DNA from: the human T2T-CHM13v2.0 reference genome, Homo sapiens
Assembly: GCF_009914755.1 (NCBI RefSeq)
Contig: NC_060927.1
Length of the DNA: 64,000 bases
Direction: 5' to 3' (one strand)
In this document: positions 60,540-64,000 of the stretch, piece after piece
How the letters are laid out: every line of letters starts with the position of its first letter
Numbering within the stretch: position 1 is the first letter of the stretch
The notes under the pieces: model-generated
What the model was told of the DNA's origin: nothing
Database searches by the model: none
The model's input: only the letters and a program-made list of their open reading frames with translations
Position numbers and translations under genes: made by a program

Positions 60540-63363
60540 CAGGAGTGGCAGCATCACATCATCTGAAACCTAAATAATGCTTAACAAAACCGCTGCTGCA
60601 TTTTCATCTCACCTTGTTAAAATGATGTACAATCTCTGCAGTGCCTGCACTGTTATTTTATTTGTTTCTTCACAAGGTCTCAGTAACCTGTAATATATTC
60701 TCATGATTTCATATCTACTTTTTTCACTAATTAACATTGATTCATTTTTCCCCACATAATTATATAAGTTATCCACATCAATATTGCACATGCATTCCTA
60801 TTTTTAAGAGAGTGAAATACACTGAGTCAAGTTAAAGTGAAAAATTTTAGATGATTTTGATATAACTCATGTTATGTGCATTTCTATAGAAATAGCTAAT
60901 GTCATTCAGAAATGAAAAAGTTTTTTAGATAACACATTAAAGCTGTTCAGGCTGACATAATATGCACTTACAGTATGAACTATGTAAATAGTATATGCTA
61001 ATTAATTGGGCACCAGAGTGATTTATCATATTTCACCACACATACAAGGATTGTAACAATCGTAGAATATAGAATGTAGTATGTGTCTCTTGAACCATAC
61101 ACACAGTATTGTCTCAGTGTCAGTGCTAGGATGAATAAAAGCATTTCAATTTGCTTATTTTTTGAATTTCTTAAGTTCCTGCAGCATCAGGGATAAAGAA
61201 AATTGATGAAAATACAAAGGTGAATAAGACAAAGTACTAGTCTTCAACAGTCTAGTTTTAGTTGGCAAGAATAACTATTAATTTCCTTGGTTATTAAACT
61301 ATTATTTGTTATCCTGCTGATTTAAAAATCAATATTTATCTTAAAACTTATTTTTTTTTCATTGTTTTAGAGTCAAAGAAGTGCTTTACTATTCATTTGT
61401 AACTTAGATGCCATTGAAGGAAGGAAAGACAAGGACCCGACTCATGCTGGAATCTGGAGTGGGTTTTTCAGGGGCAGACAGAAAACTGTTTTACTATGAA
61501 AACAGATCAGCGGGGCATCTTATGCACATTATTGGATTGTATGCACATATTGCCAAGGAGACCTCATGTTTTTGTTAAATATATTAGTAAAGACTTTTGG
61601 GAATGCTCCTCAAGCAAAGGAACTATACTATAGAGACTACTCCACGTCTCTAGAGTAGTGACTTCACCAAAACCTCATGGTCCCTCTCCCAAAGTCCTAT
61701 AAGTGTCTTACTTCTCAGACCAATATTTTAGTCTTCCCATAATATATGTAATAAGACATTCTAGGGGAGGTTGAAATAAAAATACAATAAAATTTTGTCA
61801 GAAATCAGAATTGTCTTCATTTGTGAGATATATAAATTATCAGTGAAAAAGTTCTGTTAGCTGTTCTAACACATCTTGTTTCTGACAGAAAAATGATGCC
61901 CTTGGTTATCCCTACTTCCACTTGCAAAATACAGTATTATTGAAAAAAATAAATTATCCCTGTGACTATTAAGATTTTCTTAAAATGGGATTTGGTCTTT
62001 AGCAGAAAATTGTATTACATTTCATCCTTACTAAGCAATTTACTTCTATGCTTGATATACATTTCAATTGCCACTTTGGGAGGAAGCTATATTTTGAGAT
62101 GGTTGGAAAAAAACCTTACCATTCTGTCACGTGACTCATGCTACTTTTTGTAAAGGCTTATACAGAAGTTTTGATAAAAGGAATATTTAACTACCTTCAT
62201 GGTCAGTCCTTTATAGATTTAAGAATAAAAAAGTGATTGTGGAATTGTTTAACTTACTATTATTTTTTTCATTCTTATTACCCCCTTTTCCCCATAATAT
62301 CCACACACTGTATTCTTGTCTAGTTCCATTCACTGAGATCATTCTCATTCATCTAAGAAGTCTTGGTCTTCTTTTGTGATTGGGTTATGAAGAGTTTAAG
62401 GTCAAGATGACATGACATTTTGATGAAACCCTTTGACATTTGCAACTTTTTTAACAAAAGCATTTAATGCCAGGAGCTTTTTGACATAGCACTGTGATGT
62501 GCAATTTTCACATAATGTTGTTTTTGACATGGCTTAGGAAAACTTAATTTTTCAGCTTGTATTATCATTATTGGCCTCACCTTATCATTGAGCTAACCTC
62601 ACCGTACAATGAGGACAGGAGAGAAGGTAGGTTCTGTGCAAAAAGCAGGTGTTAGTGCTAGAGTAAAGTTTAGGCAAGGGTTACAGAAAGGGGATTAATC
62701 CCAATCCAGATGAAACATCATGTATCTAGGAATCAATACTTAACCTCTTTTCACATATCACAATGCCCATCAATTGTTAAAATAAGTATGTGCTCATTCT
62801 CTCAGGACTCACCTGCATCTGTGATTGCTTTATTTCAAACTTTCTTATTTATTTGCATCAACTATAAGACCTGGAGAAAGATGGTATTTGAACACAACAA
62901 GATCACTTATTATCATTTCAAATGGCTTAGGAAGTCCAGTTTTTCATTTTATTTCTAATAAATAGTTCTCTGTATACAAATTACATATAATATTATTAAA
63001 CGGAAAATTTGGGAGATAAACCTGATATCCCCTTAAAGAATAATGTATATCTCATATTAACATATATCTTTATTTTGTATTCTAGAGGTAGCATCTAATT
63101 ATGCAAATGTTTAAATAAGATATAAAGTATAATACTTTGGTAATTGAGGTCTGGGCTAGACATGTCTGTAGTGGATATATTTTAGTAAAAAGAAATGAGA
63201 TTTAAATCTAATGCCTTAACAAGGTTTTTTTTTCACTCCATATTAAAATGACTGAATCAAAATGGCAATGTCAAAATATATTGTTTCAAAATAGTCAAGC
63301 CAAAAATGATTGCTATTAAAGAGTTGGGCATTTGAAGAGGTAACTACAGTTGAATTTCTTTAC

Positions 63364-63636
63364 CTTTCTCATTTTTTCTAGTAAGCTTTATTAAATCCTG
63401 TGCCTATGTTGTCACTGAGGTGTGAACTTTAGCTGAACGATCTTTGCACCAAGATGTCATCAACAGCATCATGGTTCAGAAGAGGGATTACAAATGCCAT
63501 GTAGTCAGTGCAAATGCTATGTGGTCAGTCCCCATAGCAAAACCCACTGCATTACCGGATGAGATCCTTGAGGACTGAACCAGAGGAAGCATGCCATCTT
63601 TCTTAATAATTGCCCGATCCTATTGCTTACATTTCG
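63364..63636 (-). ncRNA. Candidate non-coding internal exon (273 nt)
   Basis: Minus-strand acceptor tcctatttcacctttctcccatag| and donor AAG|GTAAGA; no ORF in the track. Confidence 0.35.
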
Positions 63637-63759
63637 CTATGGGAGAAAGGTGAAATAGGAAGTAGTTGAAAAGATTTTGTAGAAAGAGATATAGGATACA
63701 CAAAATTTAATGAATCCTTATTTTCCTGAAATGAGCTTCCGGTATTGCTCACACCTAGG

Positions 63760-63885
63760 ACAGTGGTTTACACCATGCTGTAGTCAAGTCTACCTAGGCT
63801 ATGAAAACAAGATTAATCTTTTCTTCCATGTCTCCTTATTTACATTAGGAAAGTTATAAATTCTGAAGAAACAGAGTGGGTGTTT
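63760..63885 (+). mobile_element. MIR fragment
   Basis: cagtggttta..tagtcaagtctacctagg..tctgaagaaacagag. Confidence 0.4.
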
Positions 63886-64000
63886 AGGAGAGGGCCATGG
63901 TGGGAAGTCTTCAATAATAAGAGTTAAATATTTATTTTTTAAAAAGAATTTCTAAATAAATTAATGACCGTACATGTTACTTGGGTACTCTTTGGTTGAC

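Noticed and set aside
63101-63108. Octamer ATGCAAAT motif
   Set aside because: An 8-mer expected by chance in 64 kb of AT-rich DNA; it also occurs elsewhere (e.g. 586, 34561).

Overview
Primate (human-like) genomic DNA: AT-rich, CpG-depleted and dominated by transposable-element remnants. I find no credible host protein-coding exon, tRNA/rRNA gene or CRISPR array. The long ORFs in the track come from retroelements (HERV-H, L1, THE1, Tigger1, Alu) or simple repeats. The main landmark is a minus-strand HERV-H provirus (7629-13845) with a 3' LTR7, deleted env and pol, a 16-copy 37-bp VNTR in the pre-gag region, and no PBS or 5' LTR. Also present are a 3'-truncated Tigger1 ending at a FAM, a twin-primed (5'-inverted) L1MA, a 3.3-kb L1PA with a duplicated 3' end abutting a THE1 provirus whose two LTRs disagree, several Alus and solo MaLR LTRs, and old L1M/L2/MIR/MER fragments. 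Signals not explained by repeats are a perfect 24-bp-arm hairpin (52914-52971), a locally templated ~100-bp duplication (58828/59369), an RFX X-box (60526) and two non-coding exon-like segments. I cannot support a claim of a new biological system. Subfamily calls are from remembered consensus sequences, not alignments, and boundaries of old repeats are approximate.
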